From the NCBI RefSeq assembly GCF_009914755.1, contig NC_060937.1: a stretch of DNA of 64,000 nt; one strand, 5' to 3'. A program made the position numbers and the translations under genes. Positions 15,323 through 36,814 of the stretch are shown here, piece after piece. This DNA is from the human T2T-CHM13v2.0 reference genome, Homo sapiens. Position 1 is the stretch's first letter, and each line of letters opens with the position of its first letter. The notes below the pieces were generated by a model that saw only the letters and a program-made list of their open reading frames with translations, did not search any database and had not been told where the DNA came from.

Positions 15323-15909
15323 TAGAAGGATTTGATCTAAATGATGCTGATGCTGTTGTTAGTGTCTATGATTATAAAATGATATTTAGAAGAACAAGGA
15401 AAAGAAATGTTTAAAATGTGAGCTCTAGCTCAGATGCTTTTCCTTTTAGGTTGTGATAAATATCCAATGTGGAATTTGTATGCATGTTAGGGGTTCAAGG
15501 AGGTGAATTTTGAAACTATAAATATTTTTCAGTGTTTCAATTTCTGGTTGCAATACTGTCCTTTACCTAGAGAAAAGCTATACCAGCTGACATTACAATT
15601 GTGTTAGAACTTCAACTTCTTTATGTCGGTGTTGCCACACTGAGAACCTTCAAATCCTCACCCAGTCACATGCTCTGATTACCAGCTTTTGAATTTCTGC
15701 ATGTGTATGTGCGTGTGTGCTTTTGTTTGTGAGTTTGGGTGTGTGTGATACCTCTGATTCTGGAAAATGAATAAAGTCATTAATCATTTTTTGGTGACTC
15801 TTTGGTAGATACAGGGTTTTAAAGCAATGATTCTGAGCTGTTTTAGCCTTAGAATCTTTTCTACTACTACAATTCATTGCCTACAGGTAACCAACAACCT
15901 GAATTAATG

Positions 15910-17916
<2,007 letters not shown>

Positions 17917-20900
17917 AGCTTTATTTGGAAGTGTGCAATGAGGTACGTCTGAGTTTCAAAAATGAAGAAAGTAAGTAGTCATGCTTTCCTGACTCTTTGG
18001 TAGACAGCCTTTTAAGACGGTGATTCTGAGCTGTTACTGTTTTGGGTTTTCTATAATACTAAAGCTTACTGCCAACATGTAACCAAGAGCTTGAATTAAG
18101 TAAAAAGAAATCACCCAAATGCACATTAAAAACCTCTTACAACATATGTGCACATTCATAGATAACATGTAGAACTTGATTTTGTGTATTAAAAACTTGT
18201 AGAAAAGTTCAGGCAGTGCACTTATTGAATGCAACTTGGTCTTTGTAAAATCAGTGATATATATTTCAGATCTATCCACCTTGACCCAGTGAGGTATTTC
18301 TTGATTTATTGTATGATCTCATGATATGCCATGTGATGACTACAGCATATTATGCTCTCTTCATGCTGATACCATATGGACTTAAATATGATGACATACC
18401 AGCATGGATATGCTTACGTGGTTGGTTTTATTGATTTGTACTATATTAGAAATGAAACAGAAGTATTGGAAATCCTAGCAAGCATAGCTGTATCTCTCCC
18501 ATGGCTGTGTTAATTGCAACTGTTTCCCCCTTAAAGCATGTCTGTTTGACATGTCCTAACTCTGAGAAAATCCAGTGTGTGCTTTTCAGAGAATAGCAGT
18601 AAGGAGTGGAAATGGCCAATGGTCAAAGTGTTACTTGTCCTCTTGGCTCCCCTTCATGAATGTTAAACTCTAAACTACTCAGGTCACAATTTAGAACCCC
18701 TTTGTTGATCCCTATAGAGTGTTCCCAGATATCAAATGACAAATAGGTCTTTGATGAAGAAACACCCTGTAAAGCCATATTGCTCTGGTTTTTGTGTGTG
18801 AGTGTGTGTGTGTGTATGTGTGTGTATTTTCTTCTCTTTTGAAAACTGTAAATAGAGGAATTTTCATTACAAATGAAAATGTTTCTGTTCCATATTTATT
18901 TCCTGTCTAATGTACTTTGCACTTCCTGGATCTAGTAAGGATCTCAGCTTGTCTTTTTTATACCTGCAAAAAATTACATCAAGCTTCATTTTTCATGTCA
19001 ATTACTGACATATTTTCAAGCCTTCACAAGTTATTTCTGAAGATTTGGTGCATCAAGGAGAGACTGTCATTGTAGTTAAAGAAGTTTTTAAATAGGTTAT
19101 ATTCAATAAAATTTCAGAGCTTGTTTCTCTGGAAAGCATAGACATAGTGGTGTTATGGGTAGTTAAACATAAAATAGCTCCACAAAGTGTTGTGTACATA
19201 AAAGTGTTCATATCCTGGAAAATTCTACTTTATTGCTCAATACTGTCTGCTGGAGAGGAAAATAGGTAAGATAGGCTGCTGAGCCTATGATAATAACTCA
19301 TAATATGAGGTGAAAGCATAGAGACAAAATGAGAGATGATAGATACTCAAATGGATGTGAGTGAAGAACAGCTGTGAACGTGTCTATGGGAGATAGGAGG
19401 CCATGGGGCTGCTTTTGTGAAGAAGGAATTTGTACACGTTAGTCAAGTGTCTTGACACATTTAACATTTTAATAAAGCTAAACCTTATCTTCAGATGTGT
19501 CAGAATGGGATTGTACAGATGTCACATTACAGTGGTGGTGAAAATAATGAAGAAACGAATGTAAGGGTCAAAGAATCAAGTCCACCAATATGGATATTAG
19601 ATTTATGAATGAAAAAGAGTGTATGTCAAATTGGGCAGGTGTAAACAAAGAAAGCAGCTAGCTAGGTAATTTGGAGGTTTCTGATGAGGAGATTTGTGGG
19701 AAGTCACTTAATGGAAAGCAGAGGTTAGAAGGATGAGGGTGACCCACAGGATCTCATTTCTTCTCCCTAGAAGTTTTGCACATCAATGATACATGCTTCA
19801 TTCACATCAGTTTTTCTTTTTTGGAAAGCTGTGTTTGCTGGTGTAGTTATTTTGTAAAAGAACCTGAGAGACCCCTATGGTATATCATGTGAAACTAGAT
19901 TTAGAAAAAAGGAATCAAATAATGCATTTTTAGAGTACTAAACAGATAACTGCCAATAATGGTGACAATCATGACATATGTATATATATGTATTATGTCG
20001 TATTGGTTGGTTATTTATAAGAAAAGAAGTCTCTAGTGATTTAGAAACTTTAGTTTATTTTCATAGGAATCTGATTACACATTATTTCACTGATGTGTAT
20101 GTTTTTGCAAAAGTGGACGAAGAGACGGTGAGAAGGCCGAACTGCTGAATCCAGGAAATGTAAAAACATCAGGAGTCTTCATGAGCATAAACAAAATGAT
20201 TTTTTAAATTATAACTCTTAGATTAAGTGAACTCACTTCAGATGCATTCAGAATATTTGCATAAAGGATGATTTGATTTTTGGCTGTTCCAGGAACTACT
20301 GGAAGCAGGAAACAGTGATAGAATTGGGATAAACCACAGTGACTCATTATTCCTCTTTGTTACTATTGGGCACCAGAGGTATATGTTTTGTTGATATTGG
20401 TTATTCAAATGAGATAAACGTGAATATGCATACATTGGCTTTGTTTTTCAAGGAGGTATTGGATAAAATAGCAACTTAATAAAAATTCTCTAGAGAATAA
20501 CATGATAATTTAACCAGACTATTTTAGAAGTGAAAATAATGTTGAATTCATTACTTGACTCCCAAATGGTTATTTTCAAGGAATATTGGCGTGATTTCCA
20601 GATGTAAAAGCTTATTCATATCTAATGCTTGTAGCAATTTTATTTTGTATAAGTATGTCAAATTTGGTAATTTATTATACTTTTTGATGAAGTTTATACA
20701 TTATACCTTGTTGCCATGAGTGGATGAAGATTTCGGAAGGCTAAACTAGAAGATGCAAGAGATGTAGGCACATTATTACACCATATGGGTATGAGAAATA
20801 ATGAACATTACATACTATAATTCACCAAACATATATCCAAGCTGATTAAATTAGGACACTTCCACTGAAGTGATGTGAAGTGTACATTCAACTAAAGTGT

Positions 20901-21380
20901 CATTATAATTGTGTACCTTCTCACTGATTGGTCAAGTTAAAGAACATGATGAATGTTTGCAGTAAAATGTTCCAAATCATTCTGATATCTTGCATGAAAG
21001 ACACGCGGGTGCATGTATCACCTGCTTTGACGTTGATTCCCAGGTGTATGAGTTGAACTCTGATTTTAGATCACATTTGTCCTCAACACTCAGCATATCC
21101 ACATTGATATTGACATGGCTTTATTTTAGTTCTAGACATATGGAGAAAGTTATATCACATTTGAAATTGTCAGTATATATTTCTTGAAGCCTGTATTACT
21201 ATTTTCTTCAGTGTATTTCCTTCATGTTTAGTCCCAAGAAACAAAGTATAAAATATCAAAGCCTACAGTAATACAGGCAGGAGTATAAAACTTGATGCTA
21301 ACATGCTATCCATGCATTAATGTATGGATAACATTATCATATTTACATATGATTGATTATGTAACCCTTTTGCTTTTCAG

Positions 21381-21573
21381 TGTCTTCTCAGAAACAACCA
21401 GCTGAGAAGGTAATTAAAGTCTCATTTATCTGTTGAATTATTAACTGTATAGTCTATGAAACCTACTTTACGTATTATTTTGTTTTCAAATCCCATTCAG
21501 GCTACAAGTAATGAGAAATATTCTGTTTCAAATACAGCCACAGAAATAAAGGGGGGACCAATATCTGGGACAG
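21381..21573 (+). pseudogene. ANKRD36 canonical repeat unit 1: 29-nt exon 21381-21409 (VSSQKQPAEK) + 73-nt exon 21501-21573 (ATSNEKYSVSNTATEIKGGPISGT)
   Basis: Canonical AG/GT; ANKRD36 34-aa repeat motif. Confidence 0.92.
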
Positions 21574-23244
21574 GTAATTTTGCAAAACACATCTAATGTC
21601 ACGTTCAATCAAGATAGAAGAGAACGTCCCTTCTCCAAATAAATCAGTGGAGAGTTCATCTAAGCTGCACGTTCTGATTCAGTATGCCTGAGATTGTTCA
21701 TCTGTAGTGAGTTCTCAGGTGACCCTGATGCTGCTGGTCCTTGGCCATGATCTGAGTAGTAAGATTATAGACTTCCCTACATTGAAATTGGGAAGAAGAA
21801 CCATTGGAGAGCAGTTCAACACATACCAGGCTAAGGGAGCAGCATAATTTTGCTTTAATTCTACAGCATGTTTCCATCAAGAGGGGAAAGAGAACGAGAT
21901 GAAGTAATAGATATTATAGGCATCATATCGTATTGTTATAAACAGAGGGACAAGTGATCTGAATAACTCCACAAACACTGTAGAATGAGAACTAAGAAGA
22001 CCACTGATGGAGCAATTATTTTCCTCAAGGAAGAGGGATTGTGAGGCAGGAAGGAGGAAAAAGAAGAAAGTATTTATGTAATTTTGGGGTTTCTGCTGAG
22101 GAAACCTGAGTGAACTCATTTCAGATGCATTTGGAATATTTGCATTAAAGAAGATTTGATTTTGGCTGCTCCAAGAAATACTGGAAGCAGGAAACAATGC
22201 TAGAATCGGGATAAACCACAGTGACTCATTACTCCTCTTTGTTACTATTAGGCATCAGAGATACATGTTTTGTTGACTTTAATTATAAAAATGAGATAAA
22301 CTTGCATATGAATACATTGGCTTCCTTGTTCAAGGAGCTACCTCTTGGATAAAATAGCTATTTCACAAAACTTCTTTAGAGAATAACATGATAATCCCAA
22401 CAAGGCTATTTTAGAAACAAAAATGATGTTGAATTCTAATTAACTCCTAAAGTGGTCATTTTCAATGAATACTGGGGTGATTTCTGAATGTAAAACTTAT
22501 CAATATCTAATGCTTGTAGCAGTTTTACTTTGTAGAAGTATGTTAACATCGGTAATTGATGATATTTTTATTGAGGCTAATATATTATCCTTTGGTGCCA
22601 TGAGTGGATGAAGAAACTTTCAGAAGGCTAAACTAGTGGATACAAGAAACTTAGGCAAATTATTACACCACATGGGTGTGAGAAATAATGAATATTATCT
22701 ACTAGGTTTCAGGAAACATATGTCCAAGGTGATCAACTTAGGACACTTCCACTGAAGAGACATGAAATGTAAATTTAACTGAATTGTCATTGTAATTGTG
22801 TATGTTCTACTTATTGGGCAAGTTAAAGGGCACGATGAACGTTTGTAGTATAATGGTGTAAATCCTTCTAATTTCTTGCAAGAAAGACATACTGGGTCAT
22901 GTACCACCTGCTTTGACATTGATTCTCAGGTGTGTGAGTTACTCCTCTGATTTGTCCTCATCACTCAGCATATCCACATTGATATTGACACGGTTTTATT
23001 TTAGTTTTAGACATATCACGAATCATACCATGTTTGAAATTGTAAGGGTATATTTTGTGAAGCCTGTATTCCTTTTTTTTCAGTGTATTTCTGTCTTGTT
23101 CCAGTCTCCAGACAAAAAGTAGGAAACATCAAAGCCTACACTAGTGCAGGCAGGAAGATACAGCTTGATAATAACACTGCATGATATATGGATAAATTTA
23201 TCATATGTACATATGAGTGATTATGTATCCCTTTTGCTTTTCAG

Positions 23245-25041
<1,797 letters not shown>

Positions 25042-25917
25042 GTAATTTTGCAAAACACATTTAATGTCATTTTCAATCATTTAGAAAAGAACTTCTCTTC
25101 CCCGAATAAATCAGCGGGGCGGGGCTCGTCGAAGCTGCACTTTCTGATTCAGCAGACCTGAGATTCTTCATTTGTAATAAATTCTCGGGTGATGCTGATG
25201 CTGCTGATCTGGAACATGATCTTCGCAGTAATATTATACACTTCCCCACATTGAAATTGGGAAGAAGAAACATTGGAGAGCAGATCAAGACATAAGGGGA
25301 TCAGGGGACAGCATAATTTTGCTTTAATTCTACAGCATGTTTTCACCAAGGGTGGAAGGAGAATGAGTTGAAGTATAGATTTTACAGACGTCACATCGTA
25401 TTGCTAAAAACAGACGGAAAAGTTATTGTAATAACCAGTAAAATTGTGGAACGAGAACCAATGAGACCACTGATGTAGCAATTATTTTACTCTAGCAAGA
25501 GGGATTGTGAGGCAGGAAGGAGGGAAAAGAAGAAGTTATTTATGTAATTTTGGGGTTTCTGCTGAGGAAACCTGAGTCAACTCACTTCAGATGCATTTAG
25601 CATGTTTACACAAAAAGGATTTTATTTTGGCAGCTCCAGGAACTACTGGATGAAGCAAAGAAAGCTAGAATTGGGATAAACCACATTGACTAATTACTTC
25701 TCTTCGTTACTATTAGGCATAAGACATATCTTTTGTTGATTTTTGTTATAAAAATTAGATAAACTTGAATATCAATACATTGGCTTCATTCATCCAAGTG
25801 CTATCTCATGGCTAAAATAGCTATTTAATGAATATGATTTAGAGGATAGCATAATCCTCCTAATGAGACAAAAACAACTATAATGTTGAGTTCATCAACT
25901 GACTCTTAAAATGGTTC

Positions 25918-25943
25918 ACAGGCGTGAACCACCGTGCCTGGCC
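25918..25943 (-). mobile_element. 26-nt Alu 5'-end remnant at a deletion junction
   Basis: acaggcgtgaaccaccgtgcctggcc with no remaining Alu body. Confidence 0.75.
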
Positions 25944-26129
25944 TAAAAATATAAGGTTTTATTCAGATGTTTCTACTTTTACATTTTGATACTCTGAAGT
26001 TTCCAATTTGGAATTTCAATAGTTTTTAGAGATTTAAAGAGATCAATTTTGACACTGTAAAATATTTGTTTTGCTTTAAAAGTCAATTCAAATTATGGCC
26101 ACTTTGGTCTCATATATTGTGAGGCTGGT

Positions 26130-27650
26130 TTGTTATTAGGGGCATAAAGACTTAGGATTGTTATGTTTTGTTGATTAACTGAACCTTTTACTATTGTGAC
26201 ATGACATTTGTTATTTATTGCTAGAATTTTTTTTTTTTTTGCTATGAAATCTACTTTGTTATTAATACAGCCACTCCTGCTCTGCTGCCTTTGGCAACTG
26301 TTAGCATGTATCTTTTTCCATCCTTACAACCAATTTGTGTCTTTACATTTAAAGTGCATTTCTTATAGGCAGCCTGCAGTTGGGTCTTGCTTTCTTGCTG
26401 AGCCTGACAGTCTGTATTATAGTTGAGGTTCTTAGACAAGTGTCATTTATAATGTGACTATTGATACAGTTATGTTTGTCTAGTAGCTGTTTGATTGCTA
26501 TTAGTCCCAACTGTTCTTTGTTCCCCTTCTTTTCCTGCTTTCTTTTAGATTAGTCAACTGTTTTTTACGATTCAATTTTATATATATTTTTGGGTTTATT
26601 AGCGATAACTGTTTTGCTATCTTAGTGTTTAGGATTTTTAGTATATAATTTTAACTTATCACAGTTCACCTTCAGTAATATTATACATCATAGATGGTAT
26701 AAAAATTACAATGATACATTTTCATTTTTTTCTGTCCCAGACACTTCCTACCTGAATCTGTGAGATTATGGTTTGTATTAAGCATTAGAATATTTTGGGC
26801 CATTTTTTCTTTAATTTTTTTTCTGTCTCTTCTTTTTTATTTGGGGAGTTATCTGTGAGCTGCTTGAAAGTTTCTTGCAGTTTATTGTGTCAAATTTAGG
26901 AATTTTTCCTTTGTTATCTCTAATTTGTGTTTATTTCCATCCACTATAGTTTTTACTTCTGACAATGTAATTTGCATCTCTGCAAGTATGGTTTGTTTTT
27001 TTTTTTTAAAAAAAAAAAAACCTTCCCTGCTTCCACTTATTGTCTTGAGTTTTATTTGGAGTACAGAGATTTACTTAAAATCTTTCCATGCTTGCTTTTA
27101 GATTTGGGGTAATTCCTCACTCCTGAGACAAGACCTTTCTGAATATTCATTGTCCTGTGAAGTATGTGGTATTTTGGCCTGGCTCATGGGAATGGACGCT
27201 CTTCCAGTCATTGTGTGAACCCCAGACATAGTTTCTGCTAATTTTCTTTAACTTTTTTTAAATTTTATTTTCCATTGTTCTTAGGAAGTTTCCTAGCACA
27301 CAAGCACTTTTCATTACTCCACTAAATACACAAGAGGGAATCTCTGCACACCTCCAGGATTTGTTTCCTGTACTGCTTTTTTCTCTCCAGTTTTCTGTCC
27401 TGTGATCTCTATCTGCTTTGGTTTTCCTAGCCTCTCAGCTTCATCACCCCAGCTCTATGTCAGATTTTCTCCCTTTTTCATGGCCTTGAACCTCTGTTAA
27501 AACTCTGTCAAAAGAGCTGGGACATTTGTAATGCCTGCTATATTTGTTTTCTGTCTTTCAGTGATCACCTACCATCTTCATTGCCTGAAGTCCACTGTGT
27601 TGAAAATCATTGTTTAATGTATTTTGTCTGTTTTGTTTTTTATTCATTTA
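26130..27650 (-). mobile_element. Old L1M fragments, antisense (boundaries approximate)
   Basis: Minus ORF 26251-26439 KDGKRY..RAGVAVLITK resembles the L1 ORF2 endonuclease N-terminus (KKAGVAILISDK); T-rich plus strand. Confidence 0.55.
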
Positions 27651-28136
27651 GATAAGATGAAAAATCAGTATCTGTTACTCCATCAGAGCTAGTAACAGAT
27701 TGCAGCAGAGCTTCAGCACAGCACATGCTGCAAACCGGCCAGAGTGATTTTCTTTCCTCTTTGCTTAACTGCTTCTTTCTCATCCTTCATTTCTCAGTGT
27801 AGCATCTCTTCCTCACGGAAATCTTCCCTGGATGAAGTATAGATCAAATTATCTTATGCAATCATATAACTATGGTTTGTGTTTTTTTTACAGGACCCAT
27901 CTGAGTTTATAACTGTCATCTTTTTATCTTGGTTCTTCGCTATACTTTAAGCTAAAATAATAGCAGAAGTGTTGTCTTATCTTCAGAGCTTATTATAATA
28001 TCTTCCACCTTGTAGGCACTCAATATGTACATACTTGTTCAGTGTCTGAATGAATACATGTTAAAAATGCACGGTCCTTTATATCCAGAAATCTACTCAT
28101 GTATTTTATCTCTACTTTGCTTTTTCCCAGTTACAG

Positions 28137-28406
<270 letters not shown>

Positions 28407-28881
28407 TAAGGAGAGGTTTTGTAATTATGAACTTTCCTTCTAGGATTTAACAAGGAAGAAAGCTTCTTAATCTTATAGAGTGTGAAATTATTGGATATAA
28501 TATCACTAGTTCTTAATTGTGAATACTTCTCTAATAATTAAATGCATATTCTTTTAAATCATAGTTTTAATGGCTGTATAGAATTTTATGCTTTGGAAAT
28601 CTCATTATTTAATTGATGAATTGAATTTTAGGTTTTAAAAAGTTTTTGTAATAATGCTACAAGGAACATCTTTTATATACACATAGTTTTCTACATTTCT
28701 AATTATTTACCTTGGATAAATTCTTCTGGTTAAAGTATAGACACTTTTTTAGATCTGTTTTACATCTTTGATCAATATTTCTAAATTGTTCTTAAGAATG
28801 TTTATATTAATTTATAATTCAACCAACAGAGTATAAAACAGATATTTTTCTTTACACAGAATAATTATTTTAAAAACTATC

Positions 28882-29187
<306 letters not shown>

Positions 29188-29924
29188 TTATTGTTAATAT
29201 GCAGGGAATAAAAAGTAAAATAGAAAGTGATTACTGATTAGCTTATTCAACATCTCTGTCTCTGCTATGTAGATAAAATTAATTCAGTTTTATGCTGAAG
29301 ACATGTATTATTCTTTATTGTTTAATTAAATATTAGATCTTGTGTTGTTCCAAAACATATTTTAAAATTGGTTATAAAATACATACTAATCAATAGGATA
29401 GACTGGAAGTGTTACCCAAAAAACAATCTTAAAAAGTGTAGGGTAACATATTACATTCTTAACCTAGTCTTGGATTACAATAATCTGTAGATATGTTTCA
29501 TAAAGACATCAAAAATGCTATCTTACAATATAAATTATGTTTAGGGATACTTGCAATGAATGTTTCATGAAGATGAAAATGTATTTCTAGTGAATGTATC
29601 AACTTGTTTATAAAAAGTAACTTTATGTTAATTAACTAAATGATTCATCCTAACTGAGGAGTAATTACTGTGTGAAGAAAAGATAATTTTTATCTTGTAA
29701 CTTTACTGAATAATTTTCAACATCCTTTTTCATACTATTTGCTGGAGTTACTAGTAACAGAAACTTATGCAGGTTGTTCTTTTATCAATACATTTCAACT
29801 TACACATGTCCTTTGGATGAGATTGAGGTGAGAAACTAAAAACATGAGGACTAGAAAGAAAAATAATATTTAAGAACATAGAAATTTCTTTAGGATAATA
29901 AACCAACATACGAATGTTTTCTAA

Positions 29925-30676
29925 TATCAACAAAGAGAGTCAAACTCTGTAAGATATTTGAAGAGATTTATTCTGAGCCAAATATGAGTGACTGTGGCCC
30001 CTGACACAGCCCTCAGGAGGTCCTGAGAACATGTTCCCAAGGTGGTCGGGGCGCAGCTTGGTTTTATTCATTTTAGGGAGGCATGAGACATCAATCAAAT
30101 ACATTTAAGAAATACATTGGTTTGGTTCAGAAAGGCAGGCCAACTCAAAGCTGGGGCTTCCAGGCTACAGGTAAATTTAAACATTTTATCGTTGACAATT
30201 GGTTGAGTTTATTTGAAGAGCTGGGATTAATGGAAAGAAATGTTCAGATTAAGATAAATGATTGTGGAGACCAAGTTTTATTGTGCAGAGAAATCTCTCA
30301 GCAGACTTCAGAGAGAGCAGTTGTAAAATGTTTCTTATCGGACCCAAAAGGGTGCCTGGCTGTTAGCTGATTATCCCCTGGATCTGCATAGAAAGGAAGG
30401 AAAACAAAGGGGAAAGAGGGTACTCTATAGAATGTGGATTTTTCCCACAAGAGACTTTGCAGGGCAATTTCAAGGCATGGCAAGGAAATATATTTTGGAT
30501 TAAATATTTTATTCCTTGTCTCATAATGTTATGCCAGAGTCAGATTGAAAAGCAAGTCACAATATACAGGGTCAAATAAAACCCATCTGATGAGAATCCA
30601 TGGTTTGTAGAGCATGACTCCCTGGACCCCTTAGGTAGGAATTTGGGCAAGATAAAAAATTAGAGCTTAGTCCTCA
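29925..30676 (-). mobile_element. ERV1 solo LTR, MER4 family (MER4E-like), antisense to the ANKRD36 copy
   Basis: Minus strand starts TGAGGACTAAGCTC, carries AATAAA (plus tttatt 29967-29972) near its 3' end; flanks ctaa/ctga resemble a 4-bp TSD; subfamily from memory. Confidence 0.75.
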
Positions 30677-30695
30677 CTGATAAGATAAATTCTAA

Positions 30696-30902
<207 letters not shown>

Positions 30903-31029
30903 TAATGTTTGGTAAAACTTCATATTTCTACTCATTAATATTACTTACAATATCTCTTTCATTTAATGTATATTATTTAGACCTAAACAGTCCCCAAATT
31001 TTATTTCATCTTAAAAATGAATCATGGTG

Positions 31030-31350
<321 letters not shown>

Positions 31351-32351
31351 TCATGGCATTTATAGCTACAATTATTTATAATAAATCTTGAAATATTTTA
31401 TTTTAGTTCAAAGGCCTTATGAAAACAATGCTATTCTATAATATATACTTAATGATATTGTAAGTATTTTGTTCCTAGTGACATAGTTCAGCATATTTTC
31501 CCCTATTTCATGTTAATTACGTTTCAAATGTTATGGAAAAGAAATAAAAGTTATCACAATAGTAAATAATCTCATGATTCTCTAAAAAGAGCTTTATAAA
31601 TTTAATTTTCTTGACTTTTGGTGTCTTGAAATAGAAGATTATTTTTGTATGTATGTATCTACCTCACAGAAGTTATTGATTTGGTGGAAGAGCACTAGGA
31701 GTAGAGTCAGAAAAGCTGGGAAAAATCCTGCAGCTTCCTTATATTTTTAACCTTTTGCTATAGAATTATAACTAAATGAGTTCATTGATTTGTGTGTGTA
31801 AAAGTGCTTAGTACAATGCCTAGACTTATCATTTATCAATAAATATCATTCTTAAAACTGACAATAAAAATATTAGAAAAGTAGAATATCTAGACAATAT
31901 TTTAGAAAAAGGGAGCTTAAAGAATTTGGAAAATGTCATTCATCTGTCCAAATGTCTGCCAAGCTAAGGCTCTCACTACAGGGAGAGGTATAGTTTAGAT
32001 GTTAGAGTGTAAACCCAATTTTTTAATGTGGTCATAGTTATTAATTCTTTATGCCTTGCAAATTGTTGTAATTCAGTAAAAGCCTTTTTTCATCCTGAAA
32101 TTTAAAAAAATTATCTAGTGGTTTTTTTTTTGCTTTCATGGATTCACTGTCTTCAAATAAACTTTTGAACTTTGGGGAATTTATGCCATATGAAGTTTGA
32201 GGTTTTGACTCAACTTCTTTTTTCCCATTTAGATATACAGTTATGGCAACCTCTCATTGTATAAATGTACGGGTTATTATTTAATTTCAGAAACAATCAC
32301 AATATGTTATCCTATTGGATACTAGTTACAAGTTTTCTTTGTTTTATTTAG

Positions 32352-33317
<966 letters not shown>

Positions 33318-34647
33318 TAATATTTGGTTACAGCTGAATGTTGGATCTAGTTGAATATAAAAAAGGATACATATGATAAATATATCTGCTTAGAAACATT
33401 CCTTGTTTCCAACAAGTCAAAGTTAGATCTGAGAGATGTTTTCCTCTGATTAAAGTCAATGTGTCACTTATAAAATTTTAAGTTATAAAATGTTAATATA
33501 GACTAATAGTAATAATATAGTCATACTACTGAAATAATAATTTTAATGTATTTATGTTGCAACATTTTAAGACCATGATAAATCAGATATATGGAAATGC
33601 TCATACCTAAAATGGTATTTTGAAGTTGATTCAATAAAGTGCGGTACTTTGACAGTTAATTTCAGATTTCCTAGATGAACTGAAGTGTATTCCCTATTTC
33701 ATAATTACTTTTCTTCAGTAGCTTTAAATATGTCTTAGTTGGTAAAATTTTGTTTTTCTTCATGTCAGTTTGACTTAAATCTGAAACTATTTCAATCTCA
33801 AGTTATGTATAGATATGATCATTCTATTCTTCAAAGGCATCTAATTTTACTTATAATATGGGGAAAATGCAGTAAATTTTAGCCAAATAATATTTGATTT
33901 AATCTTCCCACTGGCATTTATAAATTACTTTCATTTTTAAATAAAAAATTTGCTCATAATTTTTATTTCAAGGCTCAATTACTATCATTTGGATATAACT
34001 TTGTTCAGGACAAAAAGAGGCATAGCTATCTGTGATTTATTAGTTTGACACTGGATCCCCATTTTCAGACTAAGGAGGATTTCAGACTAACGAGGAGTGG
34101 CAGGACTCAGAGTAGGAATGGAGTGAGTAGGGAAGAGAGATATAGCAGCTGAGTCAGGGTGGGAGGTGGAGGGCAGGTTACTTAGAGCATCTAAGGCCAC
34201 TGTAATTTTACTTTTCTTCTGAGATAGACATCTATTGGAAGGATTTAAGCAGATGATTTAATGTGAGGAACTCTGAGGTTGATTTGAGTTTCTAATAAAA
34301 AGAAAGAGGGAAATCATTCCACAATGTATAATTTACTACCATCGGTCTCACCCACATACTCATTTCTTTTTGAGACTTCAGGTTTTTAAGCATTGCAGAT
34401 TCATCAGGGGAGGAATGACTAGTGGGCTGAATATGTTGTGTGAATAACAATACCAGTTTGGCAGGAAGATAACACCTTCTGTATCCTTAACTGGATTCAG
34501 TAATACACAGGAATGTGTACACATGAGGAAAAGAAGGTGAATCGATCTGTGTGGTGATATTTTTCAAAGTGTATGCTTTAGAGTTAAATATTATTAATGG
34601 TTTAATAATAAGGTGATTTGTAAAATCAGTAACAAAAATAACATCAA

Positions 34648-34839
<192 letters not shown>

Positions 34840-34882
34840 TAGCTAGTTAACTAATATAAAGTGTTTTGGGGTACTAATTTTG

Positions 34883-34990
34883 GTGGATGGCTTTCTTTTG
34901 TATTTTTATTATAATTAATTTTATTAAAATTTTATAGTGGATGGCTTTCTTTTGTATTTTCCTTATTATTATTTTTATTAAAGTTTTATT
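34883..34990. repeat. Diverged 54-bp tandem duplication
   Basis: gtggatggctttcttttgtatttt at 34883 and 34937. Confidence 0.8.
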
Positions 34991-35983
34991 ATAATGAACC
35001 TATATCTTAATCTCTTTTATTCTGCCATTTTTTAAACATATTTTTTTCTTAAATATTTAACCTTAGGAAAGTTGAGAATTATGCATCATTTCTCACAGAA
35101 GTTGAGAGAGTTTTTTTTTTTTTTTACCTGTTAAACAGTCTATTTTTAATGATTTCTCTGTTGGCATGGTGAGGCAAGCCAGATTAATTCAGAGGACAAT
35201 GTCTAATGGAATGTTTCAGAAAATTATCTTATTTTTAGTCTCTACTTTTCTGAACGTATAAAGAACTTGTGTGTACTTATTTCATAGATTTCAGGTTAAC
35301 TTGTTCAGAAAGGCCATTTTACTGAATAAATTTTTATTATGATGAAAATCCTTACTCTCTTTCTATTGGGCTCAGAGAGCACATTTTGTCTCTATATGAA
35401 TATGGACAGTTAGCATTTGCCAACATGTATCTATTTTCTCTTATTTATAGAAAAAGCTAAACTAAAAAGGGGGTTATAGAAGGTCAGCAAAGGATGAGTT
35501 TGAGATGTTCAGGTTGGTTAAGTGGGCATTTAGACAACAAGGTTTCTCCTTTGGCATGTTTAATGGACATCTTTGCAGTTTAAGATGACGCTTTTAAATT
35601 ACTTCTCTCCTAATGATGACTTGAGTCCTGCTATTCAATGGGAGAGTCAATAAGATCCTGTAGGATCTTATTTGGAACTGACTTTGTCGATTTTAATTTT
35701 GTTCCTGCTTGTTTTTAAATTTTCTTGTTGTTTCCCTAGAAAGGAAAGATGTCGCTTAGTTTTAAATATTTAAAAATGTGCAAGTTGCTTTGCTATAATA
35801 AAACTAAATGCATACATACAAAAAATAAAATTATAGTTGATGTGGTAGTGTTTGGAATTCAAAATATAAATGCTTAGCGTGAGGTAATCCTTTATCTTTC
35901 CACATTTTACCAGTTTGCAAGTTTGAGTATTTAACTGATAAAATGTAATTCAAAAGCAAGAAGAATGTGTTTTAGTCCTAGAG

Positions 35984-36160
35984 CAGGGGTCTGTGAACTT
36001 TTCTGTAAAGGGCCAGATATTATTTAAGGCTTTGTGAGCCATAATATCACTGTTGCAATAACTCAGCCCTGCAGTTATAGCACAAAAGTAGCCATGAACA
36101 ATATGCAGATTGAAGGGGTGTGGCAGTGTCCCACTAAAATTAATTACAAAAAACAGGTAA
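35984..36160. mobile_element. MER58A-like hAT DNA transposon remnant
   Basis: caggggtctgtgaacttttctgtaaagggccagata start motif. Confidence 0.7.
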
Positions 36161-36310
36161 TGGGATGATTTATCCTAGATTCTGACCTTTTTTAAATAAA
36201 AAAGATTGTGATAGTCTAAAATATTTATATATATTTTGTTGATTCATTCATCTACTGATGGACATTTAGGTCATTTCCAAATGTAATTTTTTTTTAATTC
36301 TTTGTTTTAG

Positions 36311-36381
36311 TTTCAAGAAATACAGGATCAACTTACAGCTACTATAAGAAGTACTAAGGAGGTGGAAGGTGACGCACAAAA
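36311..36381 (+). pseudogene. ANKRD36-like 71-nt exon (FQEIQDQLTATIRSTKEVEGDAQK)
   Basis: gttttag|TTT..AA|gtaaa. Confidence 0.88.
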
Positions 36382-36700
36382 GTAAAATTTGAAGCAGCAC
36401 ACAAAATAACTTGAGTATTTATAAAGCAAAAGAGCACTGTAGTATGAAAATTGTATCAGTTATGATAATAAGTATGTCTTTGTGAAGCCAAAAAAGTTTC
36501 ATCTGTAAGCTATATTGAAATACATCATTTTTCTACATTATTCCTAAATTTTGCATATTATCAAAACACAGGTAGAAAAATGACAGTAGCCCAGTCATCT
36601 ACTTTTGCAATTGCTAAGAATTTGTGTAATTATACCTTCAGAAGTTTGTTTAGAATTTACATGATTTAAAAACAATTATGTGTGAGAGTAATTATTTTAA

Positions 36701-36814
<114 letters not shown>
